NCBI GenBank assembly: GCA_041651055.1
Contig: JBAZJW010000001.1
Span: 536,506 to 600,505, forward strand
Source of the DNA: Minisyncoccota bacterium
Lineage (GTDB): Bacteria; Patescibacteriota; Minisyncoccia; Phycocordibacterales; UBA5272
Length of the DNA: 64,000 bases
Reading direction: 5' to 3'
In this document: positions 36,108-45,391 of the stretch, piece after piece
How the letters are laid out: each line of letters begins with the position of its first letter
Position numbering within the stretch: the first letter of the stretch is position 1
Position numbers and translations under genes: made by a program
The notes under the pieces: model-generated
Databases searched by the model: none
What the model saw: the letters and a program-made list of their open reading frames with translations, nothing else
Told to the model about the DNA's origin: nothing

Positions 36108-36255
36108 TTCTCTTTTTTCACCTCAACCCTTTATATCAAACGACATACTTTTCTGCTGAAAAGTTGCCTCCTACTCCCGCCGTCGCGGGTCGACTGGTGA
36201 TTAGCCGACACCTGTAGACGGTCCGTGAGTTTATATAAAAGGTTAGGTGAGGAGT
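36108..36255 (-). repeat. Copy R of the hairpin repeat, inverted relative to 21661-21776; carries a 32-nt insertion flanked by a GACC microhomology.
   Basis: The reverse complement matches copy L over about 115 nt at 96-98% identity apart from the insertion GTCTACAGGTGTCGGCTAATCACCAGTCGACC. Confidence 0.8.
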
Positions 36256-36287
36256 ATTGGGTTCAATATAGTACTCTCAAGCACACT

Positions 36288-36341
36288 GCAAGGCGAGGCC
36301 TTGTGGCCACAAGGCCTCGCCTTGCAGCCCCCCTTTTTTTT
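36288..36341 (+). terminator. Strong hairpin GCAAGGCGAGGCCTTGTGG/CCACAAGGCCTCGCCTTGC followed by AGCCCCCC-TTTTTTTT; its T-run overlaps the ksgA stop.
   Basis: Read directly: 19-bp stem plus T8. No plus-strand gene lies upstream, so it may be bidirectional, or it may terminate a plus-strand transcript of the repeat element. Confidence 0.6.
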
Positions 36342-37140
36342 ATTTCACCAGATCTTTCACAAGTTTCGAAAGCGAAAGCCATTCCGAAAGCGGCACATCT
36401 TCTGCGCGGACTTTTTCGGAAAGAGAGAGCGACTGAAAAAGAGAAAGAAAGTCCACCTTAGGAACCCCCTCTTTTAAGTTTGAAATGAGGAACTTTCTTT
36501 TGTGAGCAAAGCCGGATTTTACGATTGTAAAAAATAGATCTTCATGAGCACGAGAGTCAAAGTTTTTACGTGAAATGTTTTCTACGGAAAGCACAGCGCT
36601 GTCGACGGTAGGAATCGGATTGAAGCTTCCTTTGTTCACACGATAGACAAGCTTCGGGTCGCCGTAGGCTTTTACAGCAAGCGAAAGAATGGATTCCTTG
36701 CCGTCACGCGCTACGATGCGCTCTGCTACTTCTTTTTGTACGAGCACCACCATGTGTGTCGGCTGAAGCACATCAGAAAGATACCGCCTGAGAATTGCCC
36801 CTGTGATGTAGTATGGAATATTAGCGATAAGCTTGTAGCCTTTGGCGAGTGACTTGTGGTCCGCTGGGTCAAAGGTGAGAGCGTCCCCTTCCACGAGAAG
36901 CAACTTCTCATTTTGTAATTCAGATGGGAAGTTTTCAGTAAGTAATGGGAGTAATTCTTGGTCCTTTTCAAGAGCGACGACAGTGGCTCCGGCTTCTAGA
37001 ATACCCTTAGTGAGAAAGCCTTTTCCAGGTCCAATCTCAAGAACTGTATCGGTCGGTAAAAGGCGACCGGCGGCAACGATAGCCATACGGGCTGGAATTG
37101 ATGTCAGGAAGTTTTGACCGAGAGATTTTTTGGGAAGCAT
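36340..37140 (-). CDS. rsmA: 16S rRNA (adenine1518/1519-N6)-dimethyltransferase RsmA/KsgA.
   Basis: 266 aa; LGQNFL, SAM-binding motif LEIGPGKGFLT. Confidence 0.88.
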   Translation of the reverse strand: MLPKKSLGQNFLTSIPARMAIVAAGRLLPTDTVLEIGPGKGFLTKGILEAGATVVALEKDQELLPLLTENFPSELQNEKLLLVEGDALTFDPADHKSLAKGYKLIANIPYYITGAILRRYLSDVLQPTHMVVLVQKEVAERIVARDGKESILSLAVKAYGDPKLVYRVNKGSFNPIPTVDSAVLSVENISRKNFDSRAHEDLFFTIVKSGFAHKRKFLISNLKEGVPKVDFLSLFQSLSLSEKVRAEDVPLSEWLSLSKLVKDLVK

Positions 37141-37172
37141 GATAAGACTCTACCACAGAGAAGTAAAAAGAT

Positions 37173-38117
37173 TTAATTAGTATACTGTGCGTCTTTAGGA
37201 AAAAGGTCCCCATTCCCTTTTGGTAGACTTTTAAGCATATTGATGCCTCCCATAAGAATAGCAGCATGTGGCACGAGAGACGCTATAGACATAAAAACTT
37301 TTCCTACTGTAATCTCCTCCCCTTTGTTAAGGCTTTCTTTTGCGTCCATTGCTTTTCCTGCCAGTTTTACAAGTCGAACAAAGCTACTTCCTACAGGAAA
37401 CGTTCCGACCACATCCATCAGCTTTCTTGTGTCTGCAAACGAAAGGTCTTCGCCTTTTTCGTGTACTGCCCTAAGTGTGTCATAAGATGTTTTTGTATAG
37501 TTGGCCATTTTACCGAGCGCGCCAACAGATCCTCCAAGTTTTGAGGCAAGGCTTGCAAGTGTCGCAGGGTTCTTCATATCAACAGTGCTTACTAGAGTGC
37601 TTACTAGACCCGTCGGAAGATCTGCTGCTTCATATTGAGAATCCTCGTCTTCATTCAAAGGTGTTTCGTTATTCGAAGATTCTTCTCTGCTTAGTTTTTC
37701 CGCCTCCTCTTCGATGGCTTCTCCCGTTGCAACAAGTGTCGTATCAATAGCCTCCATTATTTCTTTTTTTGATTCTGGTGAAACTTTTTCAGTGCTCATA
37801 CTTGCTTCTGCTATGGGCCCTTCGTGCAATGTTTCGACGTCCAAGCTTTTCATTTCTGTTCCAAAGGCGCCGCTAGTTGCTCCCATAAGGGTTAAGTACG
37901 CAAGCGCATTCTTCCCGACCGTTCCTACATTTTTTAATCTTTCTCGTAGTTCGTTTCTCTTTGAAGAGTCAGCTACCCCTATAAGAGAAGTCTCTAGTGA
38001 GGCATTTTTATTTTCTATAGCATTTCTATAAGCACGGATGCTGTCTAATGTGTTTGGCTTTCCTTCTTTTTCCTGCACAATAATAGGTTCTGTTTCCGTT
38101 GTAAGTTTTTCCGTCAT
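37173..38117 (-). CDS. Hypothetical protein.
   Basis: 314 aa; acidic, no recognised motif. Confidence 0.45.
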   Translation of the reverse strand: MTEKLTTETEPIIVQEKEGKPNTLDSIRAYRNAIENKNASLETSLIGVADSSKRNELRERLKNVGTVGKNALAYLTLMGATSGAFGTEMKSLDVETLHEGPIAEASMSTEKVSPESKKEIMEAIDTTLVATGEAIEEEAEKLSREESSNNETPLNEDEDSQYEAADLPTGLVSTLVSTVDMKNPATLASLASKLGGSVGALGKMANYTKTSYDTLRAVHEKGEDLSFADTRKLMDVVGTFPVGSSFVRLVKLAGKAMDAKESLNKGEEITVGKVFMSIASLVPHAAILMGGINMLKSLPKGNGDLFPKDAQYTN

Positions 38118-38275
38118 ATCGTTCCCAGCTTATGTTTAAGCTCCTCTATTCTTTGGGTGTCTCTCGCCACTTGTTCCTTTTTCTTTACTTGCTGTATCTC
38201 CCTCTCTATTGCAGCATATTCTTCATTGAGTATTTCTTGTATTTCGTTAAGTGTGGGAAGGAGAGGCTCTGTCAT
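38114..38275 (-). CDS. Small coiled-coil protein (53 aa), start overlapping the downstream gene's stop (ATGA).
   Basis: Start trimmed to MTEPLLPTLNEIQ; speculative. Confidence 0.3.
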   Translation of the reverse strand: MTEPLLPTLNEIQEILNEEYAAIEREIQQVKKKEQVARDTQRIEELKHKLGTI

Positions 38276-38344
38276 GAGATAAGTATACCTTGAAAATAGA
38301 AACACCAAAATATACACATGAAAATTTTCCTACCCCCCTTTTTT

Positions 38345-40282
38345 TTATATGTATACGATATTTCCGCTGCCGTGCTGTTTGTAATATAAATCGTGCAGCT
38401 CCTTAATATCTTCTGGTACATCTTCCAAGAATTCACTCGGGGCATTGATTTGTTTTTGTCCGAAAATAGTACGAAGCTCAGCATGGGTGAGATAGAGATG
38501 TTTACGAGCTCGCGTGACCGCCACATAAAAGAGGCGACGCTCTTCCTCCTCCTCTTCTTTACTTCGTTTACGGTTGCCAATATTTTTGTGAGGGAATAAA
38601 TCCTGCTCAAGACCCACGACAAAGACATGGTCAAACTCAAGACCTTTACTTGCATGTATGGTCATCAAACGTACACCTTTCTTTTCTTCGTTGTCATTGT
38701 CTTGATCTGACTGAAGGGATGTTTCTTCGAGGAATTGTTGCAAGGCTTCTTCTCCGATTTGAGAATCATACCTGATGGTGAGAGATACCAGTTCGCGAGC
38801 GTTCTCGAGACGCTCTCTGTCTTCACTGGAGCCTTCGAGCATTTCCTTTTCCATGCCAGAGTCGACAATAATCATTTGCATGACATGCGATAGCGGCTCG
38901 TTCTCAAGTGTTTCAAGAATGAGATCTAGGAAATCGTACACTTTGCCGATCTTTGCCGCAGCAGATGCTGGCACATCTTCTCCTGCAAATATTTTTGCAA
39001 CGGTTACCTTGCCTATGCCCCTCTTCGGTGTTTCAAAGACACGTTTCAGGTCTGGTTGTGAGGCGCGGTTCACAGCAGCACGCAAATAGCTCATCACATC
39101 TTTCACTTCTTTTCTTTCGAAGAATTTTGTGCCGAGAAGATTGTAGGTGACATTCGCTCTGATGAACGCTTCTTCGAGAATTCGTGACTGGAAATTCGCA
39201 CGGTACAGTACCGCTATACTTTCGGGATCTTGTCCGACGTCGATAAGTTCTTTACATTTTCCCGCGAGCCACTCAGCTTCAGACCCTTCATCCCAACACG
39301 GCACGACATCTATTTTCTCCCCTTGCCCTTGTGATGTGAAAAGGTTTTTGTCCTGACGAACGGTATTTTTTTTGATAGCAACGTTTGCCAGTGTGAGAAT
39401 ATTTCCTGTGGAACGGTAGTTTTCTTCAAGCATCACAATGTATGTCCCAGGGAAATCTTTTTCGAAATTCATAATGTTTCGCAAATTCGCTCCACGCCAA
39501 CTATAAATATTTTGGTCAGTATCTCCAACAGCACAAATATTATTGTTGAGAGGATTGATGAGAAGTTTTACAAAGGCGTACTGCGAGCCGTTGGTGTCTT
39601 GATACTCATCGACATGCACATACTTGAAGCGACGCTGATATGCTTCACGAATATCTGAGTGGTCCTCGAGCATGTGTACGGCGCGCACGATGAGGTCGTC
39701 GAAATCAACCGCCTTTTGGCGCTTTAATTCTTCATCATAAATTCTCCACACGGAAGCGACAATGTCCATTTGAGCAGTGGCCACTTTTTTCCTATAGTCT
39801 TCAAGCGATGTGAAGTCCCCCTTCTCACGACTGATGATGGAGCGGATTTTCGAAGGGTCGTTTATTTTCGGGTCGATACCAAGTTGCTCGATTGCTTTTT
39901 TAATAATAGAAAGTGAATCTGATGAATCGAGAATGGTGGGGTGACGATGAAGGCCGAGCCGTTCGCCGTATTCTCCGAGCATCATGAGGCCGAGGGAGTG
40001 GAAGGTTTTAATTACTGGTGTGTGGTGAAAAGGGTTTTCTTTTTCGATAACACGTTCTTCTTCGAGTCGTGAAATAATTCGTTCACGCATTTCTTTGGCG
40101 GCTTTATTAGTGAAGGTAACCGCGAGAATTGCTCGTGGGTCCGTTCCTTGTTTTATGATTTCTACGATTCTTTCGGTGATGGTTTTGGTTTTGCCTGCTC
40201 CTGCCCCAGCCAAAATAAGAAGCGGCCCCTCTGTGTGAAGGACTGCTTCTTTTTGTTTTTGATTAAGGAGAACTGAATTCAT
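38345..40282 (-). CDS. uvrD: ATP-dependent DNA helicase UvrD/PcrA (superfamily 1A).
   Basis: Start at MNSVLLNQKQKEAVLHTEGPLLILAGAGAGKTKT (Walker A); motifs VDEYQDTN, TIHASKGLEFD. Confidence 0.9.
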   Translation of the reverse strand: MNSVLLNQKQKEAVLHTEGPLLILAGAGAGKTKTITERIVEIIKQGTDPRAILAVTFTNKAAKEMRERIISRLEEERVIEKENPFHHTPVIKTFHSLGLMMLGEYGERLGLHRHPTILDSSDSLSIIKKAIEQLGIDPKINDPSKIRSIISREKGDFTSLEDYRKKVATAQMDIVASVWRIYDEELKRQKAVDFDDLIVRAVHMLEDHSDIREAYQRRFKYVHVDEYQDTNGSQYAFVKLLINPLNNNICAVGDTDQNIYSWRGANLRNIMNFEKDFPGTYIVMLEENYRSTGNILTLANVAIKKNTVRQDKNLFTSQGQGEKIDVVPCWDEGSEAEWLAGKCKELIDVGQDPESIAVLYRANFQSRILEEAFIRANVTYNLLGTKFFERKEVKDVMSYLRAAVNRASQPDLKRVFETPKRGIGKVTVAKIFAGEDVPASAAAKIGKVYDFLDLILETLENEPLSHVMQMIIVDSGMEKEMLEGSSEDRERLENARELVSLTIRYDSQIGEEALQQFLEETSLQSDQDNDNEEKKGVRLMTIHASKGLEFDHVFVVGLEQDLFPHKNIGNRKRSKEEEEEERRLFYVAVTRARKHLYLTHAELRTIFGQKQINAPSEFLEDVPEDIKELHDLYYKQHGSGNIVYI

Positions 40283-40386
40283 GGTGGGTAGTTTACCACA
40301 AGGCGAGATAGAGAAAAGGTCAGAGGTGAGAGTGTAAAGGAGAGAGGGAAACCAGACGAGAGAGCTGGGTGAAAGTGTAAAGTTTA

Positions 40387-40430
40387 GAGAAAATACAGAT
40401 ACACACAATTGTGTGTATCTGTATTTTCTC
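40387..40430. repeat. 44-bp perfect palindrome GAGAAAATACAGATACACACAA|TTGTGTGTATCTGTATTTTCTC.
   Basis: Read directly; lies inside a 120-nt element (40300-40440) whose inverted relative sits at 33190-33310. Confidence 0.75.
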
Positions 40431-40464
40431 TCTCCTTTATTTCTCTACACTCTTCCCTTCCCAA

Positions 40465-40755
40465 CTACTCTCCTTTCTTAAACGCAGCTACCACTTTTCC
40501 GCGTGCCTCTTGGAACATTGTTTCGTACTCTGGAACGAGATGTTTGAGTGTTGTCGCATAAAAATCTTCCCCCATATTTGCAGAAGCTTGAAGTGCATCA
40601 AATTTTTCTTTTCCCAAAAAGTCATACACATCGAGAAGGAATTGTTTTTGTATTGTCTTCCCTGCTTCAATGAGCATCTCTTCTCGTTCTTCCTCGCTCA
40701 AATCTTTGAGGTTAAAATCTTCTACGAGCTGATTGTATAGTTGTGTGTAGTCCAT
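40465..40755 (-). CDS. Small hypothetical protein (96 aa).
   Basis: ORF downstream of the giant protein gene. Confidence 0.4.
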   Translation of the reverse strand: MDYTQLYNQLVEDFNLKDLSEEEREEMLIEAGKTIQKQFLLDVYDFLGKEKFDALQASANMGEDFYATTLKHLVPEYETMFQEARGKVVAAFKKGE

Positions 40756-40761
40756 AGAGGT

Positions 40762-43700
40762 TTAAGGTTTTGGTTGTACGAGTAATTCGAGTTTTCTTAT
40801 TCGGTTGTCATAGTCACGAAAAGTCATATCTGTTCCATCTTCTTTTTTTGCAGGAACACTTTGAAGACGTAGAGCTTCTAGATATTCTGCACTATTATTT
40901 GCAACACCTTTTCTTTCTAAGTATTGTGCAATATTCTTGGCTATAATTTGATTATTTTTTAGAATGTCAGAAATTTCTTTCCGGTAATCTTTTCTGTTTT
41001 CATCCATTGTGCCGAGAGGTATCTTTCCGCTATTATCGTAAAGCATTGGACGCGCTGGAGAGTCAAGGGCTACCGCTGCAAATGAAGAGTCTTTTGGAAG
41101 TTTTAAGGTTTTGGTAATTTTTTCCTCAAGGGTTTCTTTACCTGAAAACCACTCTGCGTAGTATGTCGAAGCATCTTCTGGAAGCATACTTTGCCACGGT
41201 GTTACGGATGGTTTCGGCATTGCTTGAGTGGTTGTTTGAGGATTTTCAAGTGCTGCCACGCCCTTCTTTTGATTGTTATCTGAATGAATTCCGATGCTTG
41301 CGGCTCCGGATGCCAGAGCTATTGCTGCAATTACACTACGTAAAGGTATTTTACTTCCAAAACTTTTGAAGCGCGCAAGAAGAACGTTCTCGACAGCCTT
41401 TGCTCTTTCTGTTCGTGCTGCAGCCTCAAGAATTTCCAGTTCTCCTTTTGGTAAAGCAAAAGGTTTTCCATTTTCAATAGTTGGAGTGACCATTCCATCA
41501 GTCCCTGCCTCTTGTTCCGCCAGAAGTTCTTTAACTTTTTCTTCTTCTGTGCGAGTGTCGGGTTCTTCTTTCTTAGTGAAGATGTTTTTTACTGCCGCTT
41601 TGGCAATACTTCTGCGTGTTACTTCTTCCTCTTCTTTTATTATTTCTGTCGCTGGTTTGTACACTTCCTTACGTGTCATTGGGTTGTCCGCCCTTTCCTT
41701 TTCACTTCTCTTTTTATATTCTTCGTCACTTTCTACAACAAGTCTTATCTCCTTGTTTTGATTTTCTGGATAGCGTTCATTGTAAAGAACCGCAAGCGCG
41801 TCGCTTAGTATTTCATTTCCATTCTCATCTTTTTTTGGAGTGAATAACGCTGTAAGTTTCGCAGCGACGACATCACGACGAAAATCACTTTTATCAAAAG
41901 GTCTCATGAAATACACTACTTCTTTTTTACCGTCTGCACTGTATTGTTCGCGTCGTTCGGTGTACGTGTCTAGATATTCACCCACTCTCTTATTTATGGC
42001 TTCCCAGTTCGTTTTCTTTTCTTCCACCCCTTCTATGTCCAGCTCTCCAGACGTGTATTCATTTTTTTCATTGAAGGCTTCCTTTGCTTTCTCATTTTGA
42101 GCCTTATCCGCGGCGACTCTTTTTGCATCGCGTGCGCGCCATTCTTCCGGTGTTTCTTTTTCAAAACCAAAACGACCAGAATGACTTGCTCCAACGGTCT
42201 GACCTTTTGCCGCAAGTCCCTTCTTCCATTCTTCGACAGTTACAGTATCGCCATTGCGAAGTTTTATCATTGCACTACCAGCAGGCTTTGGACGAAGAAC
42301 ATTTTTCTCCCATACATTCGCACGAGTTTCTAGAATCTTAACCTTCTGATCTGTTTTGTTGGCAAAATCTGTCATCAGAGAATAGATTTGTTCAGGAAGA
42401 GCCTTCGCTTCTGTAGAAAGTTCGTTTCCTAAAATGACGAGATCAGCAAGCTCTTTAATTTTGTCATCAGGAGTTTCTTCACGAGCAATTGCCTCGTCGA
42501 TTTCTTTTTGAAGTGCCTTCTTTCTTTCTTCACGTGTCCCTTTTTCTTTGAGTGCAGCATCGAACATATCGATGAGTCTGTGTATGTCCGCTACTTGCTT
42601 GTCGAGGGCTTCCCAGTCTTCCTTCGGCATTATCTTTTTAAGCTGGGCGCTTCTTTCTTCGTATCCTTTTGCTTCCTTGCGAATAATAGGAACCCACTCC
42701 TCAAATGTTTCTGGGCCTTTCGCTGCTTTTATTTTCTTTTCCTGCTCTGCTTTGTAGGCTTTCCATTGTTCCGGCCACGCTTCATTGTGTTTTTTGAGAA
42801 GCTCATCAAGATCTCGACCACGCTCAAATACCAAAGTAACATTTCCTTGTTCAAGAGCGTCCAAGAGATCGTCTTTTTGTTCGATTAGTTCTTCCCCTTT
42901 CTCACGTTTCAGTGCTCTTTGCTCGGCAGTCATTCCTTCTCTAAAGAATTTCTTGTATGCATTAAATGTTCTAGTGACAGAATCCCAAAGACCTCCTTGC
43001 ATTGGCGTTTCTGTAGATGCTCCATTTTTTTCCTTAAACACAAGAACACCTTTTCTTATGTCGTACCTAAACGTTGTCGGGCCGATATCGTCATATGCAC
43101 GCCTAAAGACCTTCTTTTCTATTGTTCCGGGTTCATCTTTTGCTGCGGGTTCTGGTCCTTCTGCCACTTTTGGTTCCACTTTTTCGATAATACCCTCTAG
43201 ATTCTCGATAAGACCGAGGTCTTCAGAATGTTTATATGATTTAACTAAATCTTTAAGATCACTTCTATTATCTTTTCCATCATGTGAGGCCGTCACTATT
43301 CTTGCAAACAGTAGAATATTTCCTTCTATTGTTCTTATTAAATCGGCAGGCAGAGTTTTTCCTTCCGAACGAAGGAGTAGCATTTTCTTGTAAAGACTTA
43401 ATATTTTTAGTGTGTCGGCTACCTGCGCAGGGCTCACCTTAATGTTTCCGAACTCTTTTCTGTATTCTTCTATGGCGTTGTTGGTTATCCAGTTATTTTC
43501 CCACTCCAAATACGCTTTGTAGAAGGTCTTGTCATTTCCCCTGTTTTCATATAGAGCTTTTTGGAGTTGTCCTACCGGTGTTTTTGAAAACTTTATACCA
43601 TCAGGAGATATTGCAGCCCGGAGAACTTTTCCCGCCGCCACTTCTTTGGCTTTTACTTCTTCGTATTCTGTAATGGCTTTATCAAGATCCACGAAGTTCA

Positions 43701-45162
43701 TTGTAATTTCACGTTTTTTTTCGCCTACTTCTCCAAGAGTAACCCCCTCATTCCCTCCACTGAGAATGTTCCACACACCTTTATTTACTCCGTCAGGAAT
43801 AGTAAAGTGTCTTCCTGGAGGGAACTTTTCAAACAGTTCTTTTGGGGATAATTTTTTAAGAGCAAGGGCACGAGCGGCATCCTCCGGTGTTGTGATTGTA
43901 GGTGCTGGAGCCGCCGCAGCTTTTGTTGCTTCGAATTCCGAAAAAGCCTTTTCAAGTTCTGCAAGGCTTATTTCTCTTGTTTCCGTCCCCGGAGCTCTTT
44001 TAAGTGTGAAGGTGTCACCTTTTTGGGCTTCAATTGACCAGACTTCTTTTTTGTCACCATTGAGAATGGTTACAAGCGTATTTATTTTGAATTTTGATTC
44101 ATTCTCTTTTTTATTAAACGCTTCTCGTAAAATTCTTTTGAGGTCACCAAAAGGAATCTCTTCATCTCTCGGTGCTCCTTTTTTATCTAACTGTCTTATC
44201 GTTAATCCTTCTTTTCCAATACCCGCCACTTCCCAGTGAGCTTCTTCACTGATGTGGTCTGCTGGCAAGAGAAATATTTGCCCTTTTTCAAAACGAGAAG
44301 GAACAGAAGTCTCTACTTTGAAAGAAGGTGCAGGTGCCGCAGTGGGTGTTGTGATTGTAGATGTTGGAGCCGCCGCAGGTGTCGCCACGGTTGGAGTTGC
44401 GGCCACCGCAGGTGCAGAGGTCGCAATTGGTCCAGCAATGGTGGGCGCAGGTGCCGGAGTGGCTGGTCGTACTGAAAGCTTAAGCTGCTCTACGTGTTGT
44501 TTGTAAAAAGCAAGAAGAGCTTCTCCTTTTCGCAGTAGTTCTGTCTTTTCTGTATCGTTTTTCGTTTCCGCTATTGATTTAAAAAGAGTAAATAATTCCC
44601 CCTCTTCTCCAATAGCAAAATCAAACCAACTTTTGTCATCAGTCCTACCGTAAAGATCTTTACGCTCACCATACACAGTATCAAATGCCGTTAAAAGTTT
44701 TTTATAGTTTTCGTGATTGACGGTTGGCTCTCCTTTTTCTAAGGCCTCAAATAAACGCAAGGCATCATCCGCGTCAAAAAGCTCCTCATGTTTTAAAAGC
44801 TCGTCCCCTAAATTTTTCGCCAGCTTATCCTCGGGCAGAAGGGCTTTTGACCTGACCTCACCACCAACTTTTTTTGCTTTAGGAACAGTTCGTGGTTCGG
44901 GTGTTTTGGGAACAGAAGGATCTATTCCTTTGGGAGGTTGAACTAAATAAGGATCTTCGCCCTTTGACGAAGGGAAAGAGCCCGGAGTTGGTTTGCTAAG
45001 ACCTAAGTCTCCAAGTTCATAATAAGGGTCTCCTGGGTTCCTCTTGTTTTTGCGAGGATCTTTTTTAGAAGGAGGTCCTTCTGGTCCGTGACGATTATCT
45101 TTTCCCATAGTAAAGTATCCTAAGTATACTTTATTTACAATACTTTTGCGGTACTTCTCCAC
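40762..45162 (-). CDS. Giant (about 1466 aa) Lys/Glu-rich protein with internal domain duplication, Pro/Ala/Thr linkers and one TM near the C-terminus.
   Basis: Continuous ORF. Two homologous segments of about 120 aa (each starting after an AAPAPTITTP-type linker). Hydrophobic SVIAAIALASGAASIGI about 180 aa from the end. An alternative start at MGKDNRHG (45108) is possible. Confidence 0.65.
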   Translation of the reverse strand: MEKYRKSIVNKVYLGYFTMGKDNRHGPEGPPSKKDPRKNKRNPGDPYYELGDLGLSKPTPGSFPSSKGEDPYLVQPPKGIDPSVPKTPEPRTVPKAKKVGGEVRSKALLPEDKLAKNLGDELLKHEELFDADDALRLFEALEKGEPTVNHENYKKLLTAFDTVYGERKDLYGRTDDKSWFDFAIGEEGELFTLFKSIAETKNDTEKTELLRKGEALLAFYKQHVEQLKLSVRPATPAPAPTIAGPIATSAPAVAATPTVATPAAAPTSTITTPTAAPAPSFKVETSVPSRFEKGQIFLLPADHISEEAHWEVAGIGKEGLTIRQLDKKGAPRDEEIPFGDLKRILREAFNKKENESKFKINTLVTILNGDKKEVWSIEAQKGDTFTLKRAPGTETREISLAELEKAFSEFEATKAAAAPAPTITTPEDAARALALKKLSPKELFEKFPPGRHFTIPDGVNKGVWNILSGGNEGVTLGEVGEKKREITMNFVDLDKAITEYEEVKAKEVAAGKVLRAAISPDGIKFSKTPVGQLQKALYENRGNDKTFYKAYLEWENNWITNNAIEEYRKEFGNIKVSPAQVADTLKILSLYKKMLLLRSEGKTLPADLIRTIEGNILLFARIVTASHDGKDNRSDLKDLVKSYKHSEDLGLIENLEGIIEKVEPKVAEGPEPAAKDEPGTIEKKVFRRAYDDIGPTTFRYDIRKGVLVFKEKNGASTETPMQGGLWDSVTRTFNAYKKFFREGMTAEQRALKREKGEELIEQKDDLLDALEQGNVTLVFERGRDLDELLKKHNEAWPEQWKAYKAEQEKKIKAAKGPETFEEWVPIIRKEAKGYEERSAQLKKIMPKEDWEALDKQVADIHRLIDMFDAALKEKGTREERKKALQKEIDEAIAREETPDDKIKELADLVILGNELSTEAKALPEQIYSLMTDFANKTDQKVKILETRANVWEKNVLRPKPAGSAMIKLRNGDTVTVEEWKKGLAAKGQTVGASHSGRFGFEKETPEEWRARDAKRVAADKAQNEKAKEAFNEKNEYTSGELDIEGVEEKKTNWEAINKRVGEYLDTYTERREQYSADGKKEVVYFMRPFDKSDFRRDVVAAKLTALFTPKKDENGNEILSDALAVLYNERYPENQNKEIRLVVESDEEYKKRSEKERADNPMTRKEVYKPATEIIKEEEEVTRRSIAKAAVKNIFTKKEEPDTRTEEEKVKELLAEQEAGTDGMVTPTIENGKPFALPKGELEILEAAARTERAKAVENVLLARFKSFGSKIPLRSVIAAIALASGAASIGIHSDNNQKKGVAALENPQTTTQAMPKPSVTPWQSMLPEDASTYYAEWFSGKETLEEKITKTLKLPKDSSFAAVALDSPARPMLYDNSGKIPLGTMDENRKDYRKEISDILKNNQIIAKNIAQYLERKGVANNSAEYLEALRLQSVPAKKEDGTDMTFRDYDNRIRKLELLVQPKP

Positions 45163-45391
45163 ATGTACAGGGGGTATTTCAAACTTGTGTCTTCCACCCC
45201 TTTTTGCTAGTATAGAGGGGTACCAATGAGTCAGGTTTTCTTGACAGAATCTATATGTATCGTCTTACAAGGTCACCCTTTGCAGACAGTACACGTGCCC
45301 CAAAGTAAGGAGCCCTAAAACCTCCTTCACTTTCACAACTATCGTAGTATTTATAGTAAAACGTTTACACACAACGTTACATAGCATTACT

